Positions 36,414-49,577 of a stretch of DNA of 64,000 nucleotides are shown here, piece after piece (position 1 is the first letter of the stretch; the number at the start of each line of letters is the position of its first letter). The translations under genes were made by a program, and so were the position numbers. The stretch lies in assembly GCF_000143415.4 (NCBI RefSeq), contig NW_003314324.1:1067379-1131378 (forward strand). Direction: 5' to 3'. The notes under the pieces are model-generated. The model was not told the origin of the DNA and searched no databases. It was given only the letters and a program-made list of their open reading frames with translations. This DNA is from Selaginella moellendorffii (taxonomy: Eukaryota > Plantae > Lycopodiophyta).

Positions 36414-38351
36414 TCAGTGGTGCCAGGGAAAGCCGGACGTGAACTGGGCCTCGAGCTTCTCGTTGGTCTCGTACAGGATGCTGTCCTCGATCTTATAGTC
36501 GGGCTTGAGATCGTCCAGTCCCTCGAGCATGAAGTCGGCCTCGTCGATCACTTGGTGGAAGTCGATGGGTGGCGGCGGGGGTTGCAGAACCGGGACCACG
36601 ATTCGAGGCTGGTGATTGAGAGCTTGCGGCGATGACGATGACACCATGCTGCCACTGGGGGATTTCTTAAACTTGAGCTTGACGACGCCCGCGCGGCTAC
36701 TAGGAGCTCTCTCCGTCTCGACTTTCGTCCGTTTCCTCTGGTGGATTTCTTCCAAGCTGTCTCTCCGCGTGGACGAGGATTTGTCGCCGCTTCTCGAGAA
36801 CCTGGAACGAGGAAAAAGAAAAAGAAAAAAAGCATGAGTTTCTTTCTCCATGCTCGAAGTCGATCGATCGCTGCTGTGAGAAAAAGTGAGCTTTGTTTTT
36901 TACCTCTCGCGGAGTATCTTGAACGCTTCCTTCGTGGCATACGGCTGGCCTGTCTTGGGATCTTTGTACCTGCGCAAAGACGCAAAAAACAAAACACCAG
37001 ATTTTTGTCCCAGTTTTCGCTTGTCCTTGTAAAGAAGAGAAAAAATGACTCACCTGGCTGGCTGGCCTGTTACAACGCATAAAGCTTTCTCGGGATCTGG
37101 CGTAGAAAAGAAGAAAAGGAAAAAAACAAGAGAGAAAGTGAGAATCGAGGGTGAAAACGAGAAAGAATGAGAAAGGAGAGTGACTCGTTTACAAGGCTTT
37201 GCTTTGGAGTTAATGGCGCTAGGAAGCGTGCTCACTTTGGTGAACTCCAGTACATTGTATCCTGAAAGTGTGAGAGCGTTAAACAAAGACGATCTTTGGA
37301 AATGCTCGAGATTGCAGTACCGCCTTTGGAAATGAATCTGACTTGAGGACCATTGTACACCGTTTTCTGTATGATTGCCTTCTTCTTAACTTCTTCTTCT
37401 CGAGCGAGCATGCGTTCCAGAGACTGTAAATTGATAACCTCTGCGTTCGTAATGAATGAGTCGAGAAAAAATATGGAGCGAATGTACCTGTTTGAGCTGC
37501 CTCGAGAAGCATGTCTTCCTGAGACATCTTCTTCTCTTCTTCCCGTTTTCTCTTCACTGGCTGGATAGAACAGCGAAAACGAAAAAGCAAAAGATCAAGC
37601 AAGAGACAAGAGAAGGCTTGCATGAAAACTGAAATCGTACCTTGGGTGTGGTTTGCAAAGCTGCTTTGGCGGCTCTCTCAGCTTGCCTCGCCACAACGGA
37701 CACTCTCGTGGATTTTCTGATGATCCTCTCGCTTTCTCCATCGCCATCCTCCTGATCACTTGGCCGGGGCGGTGCCTTTTTCTTTGGCTTCGGCTTGTCT
37801 GTGCGTGCAACGTTTTTCAGTAGAAAGCTGACGCTCTTTTTCTTCTTGTCCGCCCCGGGCTTCTTGTAGGGAAACTTTCTCTTCTTTTTGACAACCTCTC
37901 TATAAAATGGAAAAGAAAAAAAAAACGCTAAGAACTTTTCTTCGAAAAGAGAAAGAGTGAGAGAGCTTACTTTTCTTCTTTAACTTCGTTTTCCGATTCA
38001 GGTCCCTGCAAAAACCTCATACAAATATCACACGAAAAATGAAAAGCAAAGAATGCGAACCTCGTCTTGATCAAAGTCACTGTCGAATTCATCAACCTCT
38101 TCTGCCTCTTCCTGATATTCCTTATCATTGTTTTCCTGCGAAGAAGCAAAAATTAAACACTCTAGAGCACAATGTAGCAGTGATCATCACCTCCTTGAAC
38201 GCTTCCTGGCCCCAAAACGAGTTATCCGCCTCAACCTCATCATCCAGCAGCTTCGTGAGCCTAGAAATCCGATAAAAAACCGGGCAAATCTCCCCAAAAA
38301 CCCCCACCTTTTCCCTCGCGTCGCCCGCGCCGAGCGCGGCAATTCCTCCAT
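36414..38351 (-). CDS. SWC2: SWR1 complex subunit 2 (YL1/Vps72)
   Basis: RSARATRGKR, FWGQEAFKE, DEFDSDFD, MSQEDMLLEAAQTE, YL1_C CVVTGQPARYKDPKTGQPYATKEAFKILRE. Confidence 0.92.
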
Positions 38352-39036
38352 AGCTCAAAATCCCAACAAGAGCCCTAGATGCAACGCATATTCTCCACCG
38401 AAAGTCCACTTACCAGAATATCCGCCGGACCTTCCGTGCGGCAGACATACGTTAGCATATTCTTCTAAAGCTAATCTTAGCCGCTTGTGATTGGCCACCG
38501 CAGGATAAAGACGCCGCACGCGGCAGGAAAACCGCATCTGCGGCGCCGCACGATCGGACGCACGCCACGAACTGGCGGCAAAAAGCCAACTGTGCGTTTG
38601 CTCCACACACATTCTCCCTCTCTTCTTCTCTCACATACATTCTTGTTTGCCACAGAGCTTTCGGGGAGTATCCCTCTCTTGGCTATGGCGCAGGGTTAGG
38701 GTAAGAGGCAGTGTAGGTCTTCGCGTCTTGGCGCCTTGGCGGCTCTGGTGCTGCGGATTAGCTTCTTCCTCGCGACGCGAATCAGAGGCGCTGGTGACCG
38801 GCGCTGCGTTTGCGTGTGATTCCAGGTGAGAGCGCCAGATCGATCGCTAGGGTTTGAATCTTCCGAGAGTGACAACAGAGCTCTCGGCAGTTATTAGGTT
38901 CTAGATCGTTTCGCGGAGCTTGGAATATCGTTCTAACGCTTTTGGTTTGTCTTGTGTTCTAGGATGCGCCCAAGGCAGCTAGAGTTCTAGCGAGCTCGGC
39001 TTTGGGTCGTTTTTTATTTTTACTTCTTCTTGCGCA

Positions 39037-40439
39037 ATGGCTGCTGAGGGGCACATTCACGCTCATCACCAAAATGTGCACAGTATGCACGTCGACGACA
39101 CGGATGAGGTGGGAGAAGAGATCGAGGGGGTAAACCATCTCCATCCTCACTCTCATATGCATATGCACGAAGACCACGGGCTCCACGATCACCACCACGA
39201 CATTGAGATCGAGGACCAAGACGACGAGGAGCAAGATGGCGAGGGCCTGGACGAGGCGGAGATGCATTCCGATGGTGGTCACCCCGTAGAGCCTCCGGCG
39301 GCTCTCACCGGACGGTCTCATGCCACGACCCAGCTCACGCTCTCGTACCAAGGAGAAGTTTATGTCTTCGATACAGTTGCTCCAGAGAAGGTACTGTTTT
39401 TTGCTGCTCTTCATTCGTTCTCGTGGTTTCCTGGTGTCATGATCAACTAAAAACTTGATTTTGATCTTTGGTTTTGGCAGGTCCAAGAGGTGTTGCTACT
39501 GCTGGGAGGCCGGGAGATACAGTCGAGCCTCCCTGGAGCGAGCATGCCCGGGCACCACTATGGGAAGGTAATGCCACTGTTCTCGTATGTATATTCGAAC
39601 CAAGTGTCAATATCTCTGGGCTTACAGATCGCTTGGAATGAAAACAGGGCCTTTCGGAACTCCCGTCGCGAATGAACATGCCGCAGAGAATCACGGCGCT
39701 CACGAGGTTCCGGGAGAAGCGGAAGGAGCGCTGCTATGACAAGAAGATCCGCTACACTGTTCGCAAGGAAGTTGCACAGAGGTATTGAGTGTGCGGTGGA
39801 ACTGTTGTGCTTTGCCTTTCATCAATTAATATCAATCTCTTCTTGTTTTTTGTGTCTCTTTTCTCGGCAGAATGCATCGGAAGAAGGGTCAGTTCGCGTC
39901 CTCCAAGGTACTCCAGGAGGAAGCGGCAGCCAAAGCTAATGGAAGCAGTCCTCCAACACCTGGACAACCCACTCCACCGGGTGGTGCTCCTCAACCAGAA
40001 ATCCTGTAAGTCATCTGGCCTTTTGCAACTTAGTTTCCTCATCTTTTCCTTTCTTTGTTCTGTCTCTAGATGCACACATTGTGGCACTGGTGAGCGATCG
40101 ACACCGATGATGAGACGAGGCCCCTCTGGACCGAGGACGTTGTGCAATGCCTGCGGATTAATGTGGGCCAATAAGGTAGACACCCAAGTTCTCTCTATAA
40201 TCCCGGTTTCGCTGTTAAAAACTCAAAAGCCGTTTCAGGGTGTCTTGAGGGACCTCTCCAAAAACGCACAAGCACCAGGCTCCGTTCTCCAGATTCCTAC
40301 TCTTACACAAGTAAGCTCTCCCAAGGTTTCCAATTTTCTCTTAAGTTTTCCTCTCCAAGTTTCCATTTTTCTCTCTTCTAACTTCTCTTTGTCTGTGTAA
40401 CAGAGTGAATCAGAAGGCCACAAACCTGACCCAGCCTGA
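39037..40439 (+). CDS. ZML: ZIM-like GATA factor (tify, CCT and GATA finger)
   Basis: [75 protein letters not shown]. Confidence 0.93.
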
Positions 40440-40703
40440 GATACAAAGCATTGTTCTAAAGCGAGAATAAGAACTCCATACAAAGCAAAGGAACGAGAAG
40501 AGGTGGGTGATTCGCTGTTTGATGCAATATTGTACACGAATGTGTTCATAGAAGCATACTTAAAATTATAGATTCTCCTGTTCTTGCTGTAACTTGTTGC
40601 CATGAAACCAAATGTACTAACATGGAAAAAGTCAGTTTCCATGGTATCCATTGTAAAAATCCTTGATACAACCTTATTGGAGTTGGAATCCAAGCGATTT
40701 GTT

Positions 40704-41654
40704 TTACGGCGTTGTGGTGGCCTCAGTCTCTGGCCCAGACTTGAGATCGAACTTTTCCTGGAGTAGCGTGAGAACTTCTGCCAGAGATCTCACCTTGAAA
40801 GTGGGGCGTTGGAGCAAAGACAGATGCGAGACGATGTATTTGTCGTCTTGATCCAAGAGACAAGTCGCTGTTCCAGCCTTGTTGCCACAAACAATCTACA
40901 AGAACTTATGAACTTCAGAAGCAATAGATAGAAATCGAGAGGAACTTACATCATCTTTTGGATGGTCTCCAACCATGAGAACTTCGTGCGGGGGAACTCC
41001 CCATGCGCTACAGATGTGGAGGAGCGGGGCCGGATTTGGTTTGTATGGACGGAATTCTCTGCTTAGAGCTGGGCTAAAGTGTGGTTTCTGCGAGGAAGTG
41101 AGTAATTAGCTACGATCGAAGAGAGAAAAGGATAGAGCACCTCGAATCTAGCATGGAAGTAATCGACAGCAGCCTTGACGTTGCGAGTGATCAATCCCCT
41201 CCTGCGATTTACTGCTCAAAAACTTAGGGAAGAACTAACAAGCTTCACGTTACTTACTTGAGCTTCTTCTCGTCGATGAAGTCACACAGCTCCTTCGCTC
41301 CTACACACACAAGAACAGAGAACTGAAATTTCCCGAATTGGAGCTTGTCCAAGCCAAATTCCAAATCCAAATCTGTGAGCGCTTACCAGGCATGAATTGG
41401 AGCTTGTCCAATCCCTCCTTCTCGTACTCGGCAATCGTCGCATAGGCGCGCTGCTGCTCCTCCGGGCTCCACTGCTCAATCTCGTGCAAAATATCGATCG
41501 CCTTGTCCGAGCTCGGCTGATGCCGGCTCCCCAGGACCGCCCTGTACAGCGCCGGGAAATCGATCACTGGAATCGTGAGAGTGCCGTCCATATCGAAGAC
41601 GACGCCGCGCAGTGTCCCGCGCAATGCGGGCAGCGCCATAGCCGAAATTCGCAT
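40704..41654 (-). CDS. HAD-superfamily hydrolase (At2g33255-like)
   Basis: VVFDMDGTLT motif I, LITRNV, PYKPNP, MVGDHPKDD. Confidence 0.88.
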
Positions 41655-41764
41655 AAACCCTAAGCTCTGTTTTCTAGGGTTTTTATGGGCCTCTTCTTTT
41701 TAGGGTTCTAACGATCCAAGATTTGGTGGTATTCCATTTCGAAATGTAGCCGGCCGGCGCGACT

Positions 41765-41826
41765 CCCGCCAAATCGCCATCCAATCGCCGCAATCCACGT
41801 GCCTCCTTTCAATGTGGGCGGGAAAA
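41765..41826. promoter_or_regulatory. Two E2F-type sites in the divergent HAD/RNR1 promoter
   Basis: CCCGCCAAA at 41765 and GGCGGGAAAA at 41817 are reverse complements of TTTSSCGS-type motifs. Plant RNR genes are known E2F targets. Confidence 0.7.
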
Positions 41827-42032
41827 TATCGCAACGAGGAAGCTTTTCGGCTATAGGGTTTTATACCGTGTGGCGGTTTAGGAGGGAGCGTTACTTGGAG
41901 GCGCTCAATCGATTCCTCCGCGAGCTTGCTAGCCTTGCTCATTTCGGTCCCGCTGCTCGTCCGAGAATTCCCAGGTGAGATTTCTAGTGTCGGCGGCTTC
42001 GATCTGTTGCTAAGCCTTGCAAATCCAGGAAA

Positions 42033-45000
42033 ATGTATGTCATCAAGAGGGATGGGAAGCAAGAGGCTGTGCATTTCGACAAGATCACCGCCCGGCTCAA
42101 GAAGCTGAGCTATTCCCTCAATCCCGACTACTGTGATCCCGTGATTGTGGCACAGAAAGTATGCGCTGGGGTTTACAAGGGTGTTACTACCAGTCAGCTG
42201 GACGAATTGGCTGCCGAGACTGCGGCTTCCATGACTACAAGTCATCCTGACTATGCAATTGTAAGCTAGAAGCTTGTTCTCGTTTGTTCTGCAAGCCTTT
42301 TTCTTTGTCAGTTTACTTATAGTTTTCACAGCTTGCTGCCAGGATTGTTGTCTCGAATCTTCACAAGAAAACTAAAAAGTCCTTCTCAGAGACGTAAGTT
42401 TTCTTCGAGAATTTCTCTATTGTCTAACCAAAGCTGGGCTATCAGTGTGAAGGAGATGTACAGCCACGTTGACGAGAGGTCTGGACTGAAAGCTCCTCTC
42501 ATTGCTAATGATGTCTACGATATCATTATGAAAGTGAGTATTCCCGTCATTGGTTCTCCTTTTCTGTTCTCATCAGTTTCTCTTTCTCTTTTCGTCCAGA
42601 ACGCGGCGAAGCTTGATAGCGAAATCATCTATGACAGGGATTTCGACTATGACTACTTTGGATTCAAGACGCTCGAAAGATCATACCTCTTGAAAGTGAA
42701 CGGGAGAGTCGTTGAGCGGCCTCAACACATGCTCATGCGAGTATCTGTAGGCATACACAAGGAGGACATTGAAGCTGCAATCAAGACGTACCATCTCATG
42801 TCTCAGCGTTGGTTTACCCATGCCTCACCAACACTGTTTAATGCTGGGACTCCTCGGCCTCAGGTTGGTTGCTTCGTGATTCTCCTTTTGTAGTTTACTT
42901 CTAACTGTGACTTCTACAGCTTAGTAGCTGCTTCCTTCTCTGCATGAAGGAGGATAGCATTGAAGGCATTTATGATACCCTGAAGGAGTGTGCAGTAATC
43001 AGCAAGTCAGCCGGGGGTATCGGCCTCTCTGTCCATAATATTCGCGCCACTAACAGTTATATCCGTGGAACGAACGGCACGTCGAACGGGATTGTTCCTA
43101 TGCTTCGAGTGTTCAATGATACCGCTCGCTATGTCGATCAAGGGGGAGGCAAGAGGAAAGGTATCATGTACAGCTTTTCAACATTTATAATCATCATTAT
43201 TACTTTTGTTTCGTTTTTTACCACATGCAGGAGCTTTTGCGATCTATTTGGAACCGTGGCATGCAGATGTGTTTGATTGGCTTGATCTTAAGAAAAACCA
43301 CGGGAAGGTAGTGTCTTTTTGTCCTGCAATTCATTTTTAGTTTCTTGCATCAACGCACAGGAGGAGAACCGTGCCCGTGATTTGTTCTATGGCCTCTGGA
43401 TTCCTGATCTTTTCATGGAACGAGTTAGGAGCAATAGCGATTGGTCTTTGTTTTGTCCGAACGAGGCTCCTGGATTGGCTGACTGCTGGGGTGAGGAGTT
43501 TGAAAGCTTGTACACGAGATATGAAAGGGAGGTCAGTCTCCTTGCTCTACTTCTTTTATGAGCTTAATTTTTGCGGTGTTTATCAGGGGAGAGCTAAACG
43601 TTCCTTATCAGCTCAGAAACTTTGGTTTGCAATTTTGGAATCTCAGATGGAAACTGGCAATCCGTACATGGTTTTTAAGGTGTGAACTCAAGGAGTGTCT
43701 TCTTATTTCTGACGCTTTTTTCCGTTTCAGGATACTTGCAACAGGAAGAGCAATCAACAAAATCTGGGGACTATCAAGTGCTCAAATCTCTGCACTGAGA
43801 TTGTGGAATATACCAGTCCCTCTGAGACAGCCGTGTGTAACCTTGCATCCATTGCGTTACCTCGGTTTGTTCGTGAACAAGGAATAAACTCGGAAACGAA
43901 ACTGGTCGGTAGCAAGGGATGCAAAAATAGAGTTTTTGATTTCCACAAACTGGCTGAGGTAACACAGCTTTCATGATTCTCTAACATCAACTTGGAGATT
44001 GTTTCCAGGTGACAACAGTAGTGACTGAAAACTTAAACAAGATTATTGACATCAACTACTACCCAGTTGACACAGCAAAGCGTTCAAATCTTCGACATCG
44101 TCCAATTGGGATTGGTGTCCAAGGATTAGCTGACGCATTTATTCTCCTTGGGCTCCCATTCGACTCCGAAGAGGTACAACGTTTTTTTCTTGTGGCCGTC
44201 TTACGTTTTCTCTTTTACAGGCTCGTGATCTGAACAAAGACATTTTTGAGACGATCTATTATCATGCCATGAAAACGTCAAGCATTCTGGCAGAATTATA
44301 TGGAGTTTATGAAACATATCCTGGAAGTCCAGTCAGTAAGGTTCGGGTAGTGAGTATTATCTTTTTCTGTATCAATGCTTTGTCTTTCCAGGGAGTCTTT
44401 CAACCAGATATGTGGAACGTTATACCGTCTGGTCGTTGGGATTGGGCAGCCTTGAAGGAAATGGTCGCCCGCCATGGAGTACGCAATTCCTTACTTGTTG
44501 CTCCAATGCCGACAGCATCAACAAGCCAAATTCTTGGAAACAACGAGTGTTTTGAGCCTTATACATCCAATATTTACACTCGACGCGTTCTAAGGTATGC
44601 CTTCTTTCTGTATCAGCTGTGATACTTATGTTGCCTGCCACAGTGGTGAATTTGTTGTGGTTAACAAGCATTTGCTGAACGATTTGACCGATTTGGGAAT
44701 ATGGACACCGGATCTGAAGAACAAAGTAATGGCTTATAATGGCTCCATTCAGAGCATCGAAGGGATACCGGACGATCTTAAACAAATATACCGGTTTGTT
44801 TGTGGACAAGTTTTTATTCTTTCTGAACCAAGTCAATCAGGACTGTATGGGAGATCAAGCAACGGACGATCGTTGATATGGCTGTGGAACGCGGAGCATA
44901 CATTGACCAAAGCCAAAGCCTGAACATTCATATGGAGCAGCCCACAACGACCAAATTGACTTCACTACACTTCCACGCATGGTCAGGGGTAAGGACACTC

Positions 45001-45270
45001 AGCATATTAGCGTTTTCTATGCCTGTCTTCAACGAAATTAATTTCAGGGCCTAAAGACTGGTATGTACTATCTACGATCGCAAGCTGCTGCGGACGCTAT
45101 CAAGTTCACTGTCGATACGGCCTCGTTAAAGGTAGGATTCTATTTTCTACGGTTTTATCTAACCTTATCTTCTGTACCAGAGTCCTACAAAGACAACCGA
45201 CGAAGAGCTATTAGCGCAGATGGTTTGCTCACTCGAGAATCGTGAGAACTGCTTAGCGTGTGGTAGCTAG
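42033..45270 (+). CDS. RNR1: Ribonucleotide reductase large subunit, multi-exon, apparently intact
   Basis: ATP cone [44 protein letters not shown]-terminal CLACGS*. Confidence 0.97.
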
Positions 45271-45750
45271 GTACATGTTTAGAATGTGTTTTACGCTACG
45301 TAGGCCAGCAGAGCTCTAACTTAGTGCTCAGTAATCTACACTCGAAGGCCTGTATATGATATTTGAGGTAAGAAATCCTGTTCCGAATTTTTGGGATCCC
45401 TTTTGGGTGTGAGCGTTGACGCCAGTTACAGGTGACTAGAAAGAAGAGACTGATGCGTTTATCCTTATAAAACTGTCCTCTTTGGGGTTTTAATCGCTTT
45501 ATTTCACGCAGCGTAGCTCAGCGGTCATCGTCTTTGTGGGTGTGAACAGTAATAACCTTGATCGGCCTCTCTGTGAGTATACTTATGTCTTTCAATTTTC
45601 GTTTCTCATCTAGTTTCTTAAGCAGCGACGAAGATGCGATTACTGGATCTCTCGGCCGTGAGGTACGCCCAGCGACTGATAGTAGGACATAGATCTGTCT
45701 GGTTAATTTCTCCGTGGAGAGTTTAGATCTCTCTCACACTCATCAGAAAG

Positions 45751-47609
45751 ATGGAAGGCTTGAGCAGAAGCGAGCCTGCAGATTCAAGGGGGTTTACACA
45801 GGATACAGGCCTCCTGATGAACGATGGCTCGAAGCAGACAAGCACGTATCAGCTGTTGTCGACTAGCACAGAATCAGGGAAGCATTTTTATCGATACGTT
45901 GTTTGGTGCGCCCTTTTGGCATCTCTGAATTCTGTGCTACTTGGATATGGTATGTGTTTTGTTTCTTTACTTAGCATTGAGTTTTAACTTTGTGTCTTCC
46001 AGACATTGGTATCATGAGCGGAGCAGTCTTGTTCATAAAGGAGGATCTGAAAATTCATGAGCTACAGGAAGAGGTTCTGGTAGGCTCGCTAAACTTGATA
46101 TCTTTAGTCGGCGGAGTTTTAGCAGGCAGGCTTTCGGACTCCATTGGCCGAAAGAAAACAATGGCAATAGCTTCCGTCATATTCTTTCTCGGAGCAGGGG
46201 TGATGGGGCTGGCTCCAAATTTTGGTATCTTGCTGGGTGGCCGTATAGTGGCAGGGATAGGAGTAGGATTCGGGCTTATGATAGCACCAGTCTACACTGC
46301 AGAGTTGGCACCAGCAGCAAGCAGGGGTGCTTTGGTTTCGTTTCCAGAGATATTTATCAACGTGGGAATACTGCTGGGATACATTGTCAGCTACTTACTG
46401 TCGGGATTGTCTGCGGGACTCAGCTGGAGGCTGATGCTCGGGGCAGGATGCATCCCAGCGATCGTTCTGGCCGTTGGTGTTCTTTTCATGCCAGAATCGC
46501 CGAGGTGGCTCGTCATGCAAAGCAGAATACCCGAGGCGGAAGTGGTCCTTCTTAAGACCTCGAGAAGCAAGCAGGAAGCGGATGAAAGGCTGGCGGATAT
46601 AATGGCAGCCGCGAAGCTCAACCAGCAAGCCGGCAAGAGCCAAGGGGAAGGAGTCTGGAACGAGCTTCTGTGGCCGGTTCCATCCGTGAGAAGGATGGTC
46701 ATCGTGGCCTTGGGTATCCAGTTCTTCCAGCAAGCCTCAGGGATCGACGCTCTCGTGTACTACAGCCCAGCGGTCTTTAACCAGGCCGGGATCACAAGCA
46801 AAGCAGGAGTTCTAGGAACCACAGTGGCGGTAGGATTCACCAAGACGGCTTTCATTCTCGTGGCAACGTCTTTGCTGGATAAAGTCGGCCGGAGGCCACT
46901 GCTTCTCGCGAGCAGCGTCGGGATGGCAGCGTCACTGGCGACAGTGGCTCTCGGCTTTGTCTTCTACGACAGTGCCATGGATCCAAGCAAGCATCGCCAC
47001 CTTCCAGTCCAGTCTACAGCTAAATCCCCCGGAGGAAGCTCGGACGTAGCTCTAGCTCTGATCATCACCGCCATATGCGTCTTCATGGCTTCCTTCTCGG
47101 TGGGATTCGGGCCGATCAACATGGTTCTAAACTCCGAGGTGTTTCCTCTCAGGCTCCGAGCTCAAGCCGTGAGCCTGGGACTGCTCGTCAACCGGCTGGT
47201 TAGCGGCACCATCGGGCTCACGTTCTTGAGCATCTCCGAGGCACTGTCACTGGCCGGGACGTTCTTTCTCTTCGCGGGCATCGCGGCAGCGTCGGTGGTG
47301 TTCATCTACTTTCTGGTTCCCGAGACCAAGGGGAAGAGTTTGGAGGAGATCGCTGGGATGTTTGAGCGGGAGGGGATGCTCGCTGGATCGCCAGAGCTTG
47401 TGGAGCTTTCTTCATCCACGGCGGTGGCGGGAGGCCAATCTTTCAAGTACGAGGACGTGGGGAGTGCTCCTCACGAGCACTTGGAAGTGGAGGGGAGCCA
47501 TGAAGAAGGTGGTGGGCGGCTTGGGCAGCAGGGAATGTATGATGAAGAATCTCACAAGAAGCTGCTAGCTAAAGTCAAGTTGATTGCTGCGAAACAGGGC
47601 AATGTTTGA
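45751..47609 (+). CDS. PLT: Polyol/monosaccharide transporter (MFS sugar porter), 2 exons
   Basis: LLGYDIGIMSGA, DSIGRK, PVYTAELAP..RG, MPESPRWL, QQASGIDALVYYSP, PETKGKSLEEI. Confidence 0.93.
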
Positions 47610-48119
47610 ACCAAGTGTTTCGGATGATTCAGAATTTGGGTATTTTTATTTTAACAAAATTGTTAAATAAAATTCAAATCCAAAAGTTTTGTGTTGGCCA
47701 GGATTCCAAAGACGTTTTCTTAAAAGAGAGTTAACAACAAATCAAAAGGTGATTGTGTGCAATTGAAAAGGTGTAAATAAAAGTATTGTCGGGATTTATT
47801 ATCACAAGTCATATACGACTGACATGCGGTTAGGGTTTGTCTTTCCCACCCAACATTGACACGGCAGCAAGTATTATGGAACTAGAGGGCATTGCTCATC
47901 CCCCAATTCCTAGATGGAAACATATAGCAAGTGCTTGAATGGCAATTTCCCTTCTCTCCCAAAAGTTCCATGGAAACAAATGCTTGAATGATAACTTCCA
48001 TTTTCTTCCAAATCTCCAACTATAAACACAAGTATCTATTTATTTATATTTACGTAATCCTCAGTTTTATTAAAGTTGCATACAAGCTGATATAGACATA
48101 CACACTAGTGCATTTCATT

Positions 48120-49577
48120 TCATGCTCGCTTCTTGAGCTCGGTGAAAGGATAGACCGAAGAGGTACCGCTGATGGACGCATCCCCAAGCTTGAACGAATC
48201 GTAGTGCAGGAAGAAATCCGCAAACAAGATCCGCGTAACCAACACCACAAAGTTCTTCCCGGGGCACTGCTTGTTGTCCACGCTCGGCGAGCTCGTCTCG
48301 GGGCCATTCGACCAGAAAACATGCTCCAGCAGGCGCTGCCCCTCCTCCCCCATGAACCTCCGAGGCTTGAACTTCTCGGGCTCCTCAAACACCACCGGGT
48401 CGCGCGTCACCAGCGGCTGGTACCCGTACAGCATCTCCCCGGCCTTGATCTTGAACGCCTCGACGTGCGTCTCAAGGACAAAGTCCACCTTGGCCTTGCC
48501 GTACTGCGACTGTACCGGGGGCTCGATGCGCAGCACCTCGTACACCGTGGACTGCAGCAGCGGCATGGCGCCCAGTGCCGCGGCGTCCACGCCGCCGCGG
48601 CCCACGGCACGCCGCACCTCCTCCCGCAGCTCCGCCTGCAGGTCAAACTCGTCAAAGTCGCTCACATTCTTGAACAGCGCGGGCCACAGAATGGTCAGCC
48701 CCCCGAAGGTGTTGAAACAGATGAAGAAGACAAGGTTGTGCAGGGCCTCGTCGGGGTCGATACCGTGCGGCACCGCGAGCGACACCGCGCGCTCCCCGTT
48801 GGCCTTAAAGAAGCGCACGATCTTCTGGTACTCGGGCGCCACGATGATGAAGGGTATGGGCGCGGTGTGGAGCAGCGGCTCCTGGATCACGGCGGGCAGG
48901 CCCGCGTTGAGCACCGGCGCGATCTGCGGCGCGAGCCACAGCTTGATCCCGGTCTCGGTGAGCGCATTCCCGTCGGTTGCATCCTTGTCCAGCACCGTCT
49001 TGGTCAGGAATCGGAGCGCGATCTTCCCCAGCACAGGGTTGAGCTCCGGTGGATCATCCGGGAGCAGCCCCGAGACAATTCCGCCCAGCAGCCCCCCGGA
49101 CTTCTTCGGCTTGTTGAGCTCGGCGTCCCACTCGGCGTACCCGGCAGCCGCTGCCGCACGGAGCTCCGGGATCCAACGGTCGTGGTTGCTGCTGAGGATG
49201 TCCATGCAGTACGACTTGAGCTGCGCATGCTTGGGCTCCTCCTGTCCGAGATAGGACAGCACGCGGTAGCCGCCCGTGAATCCGGTGCTCGGGACGTAGG
49301 TGCCGGTGAACACATTCTTCTTACTCACCTTAGTGAGATCGAACAGGACAGGGAAGCTCTTCTGATCCAGCAGCGCAATGACTTTGGAATCGGGGAAGAA
49401 AGGTGGCCCAGGGGGCATGTTGACGCGGAAGACAGTGCTCCCGTACTCGTCCCTCCGCTTCTCGAAGAAATTCTTGCCGTAGAAACGGTCCAGCCGATCC
49501 AGCACGGAGCCGAGTATGGGCGCGCCATATTCACCAGGCACGTCGCGCTTCACCTCCAGGTTCCTGTCGTTGCTCAT
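48120..49577 (-). CDS. CYP74 cytochrome P450 (oxylipin pathway, AOS-like motifs), intronless CDS
   Basis: STVFRVNMPPGP, VFTGTYVPS, HNLVFFICFNTFGG, YEVLRIEPPV, WSNGPET, heme ligand NKQCPGK. Confidence 0.92.
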   Translation of the reverse strand: MSNDRNLEVKRDVPGEYGAPILGSVLDRLDRFYGKNFFEKRRDEYGSTVFRVNMPPGPPFFPDSKVIALLDQKSFPVLFDLTKVSKKNVFTGTYVPSTGFTGGYRVLSYLGQEEPKHAQLKSYCMDILSSNHDRWIPELRAAAAAGYAEWDAELNKPKKSGGLLGGIVSGLLPDDPPELNPVLGKIALRFLTKTVLDKDATDGNALTETGIKLWLAPQIAPVLNAGLPAVIQEPLLHTAPIPFIIVAPEYQKIVRFFKANGERAVSLAVPHGIDPDEALHNLVFFICFNTFGGLTILWPALFKNVSDFDEFDLQAELREEVRRAVGRGGVDAAALGAMPLLQSTVYEVLRIEPPVQSQYGKAKVDFVLETHVEAFKIKAGEMLYGYQPLVTRDPVVFEEPEKFKPRRFMGEEGQRLLEHVFWSNGPETSSPSVDNKQCPGKNFVVLVTRILFADFFLHYDSFKLGDASISGTSSVYPFTELKKRA

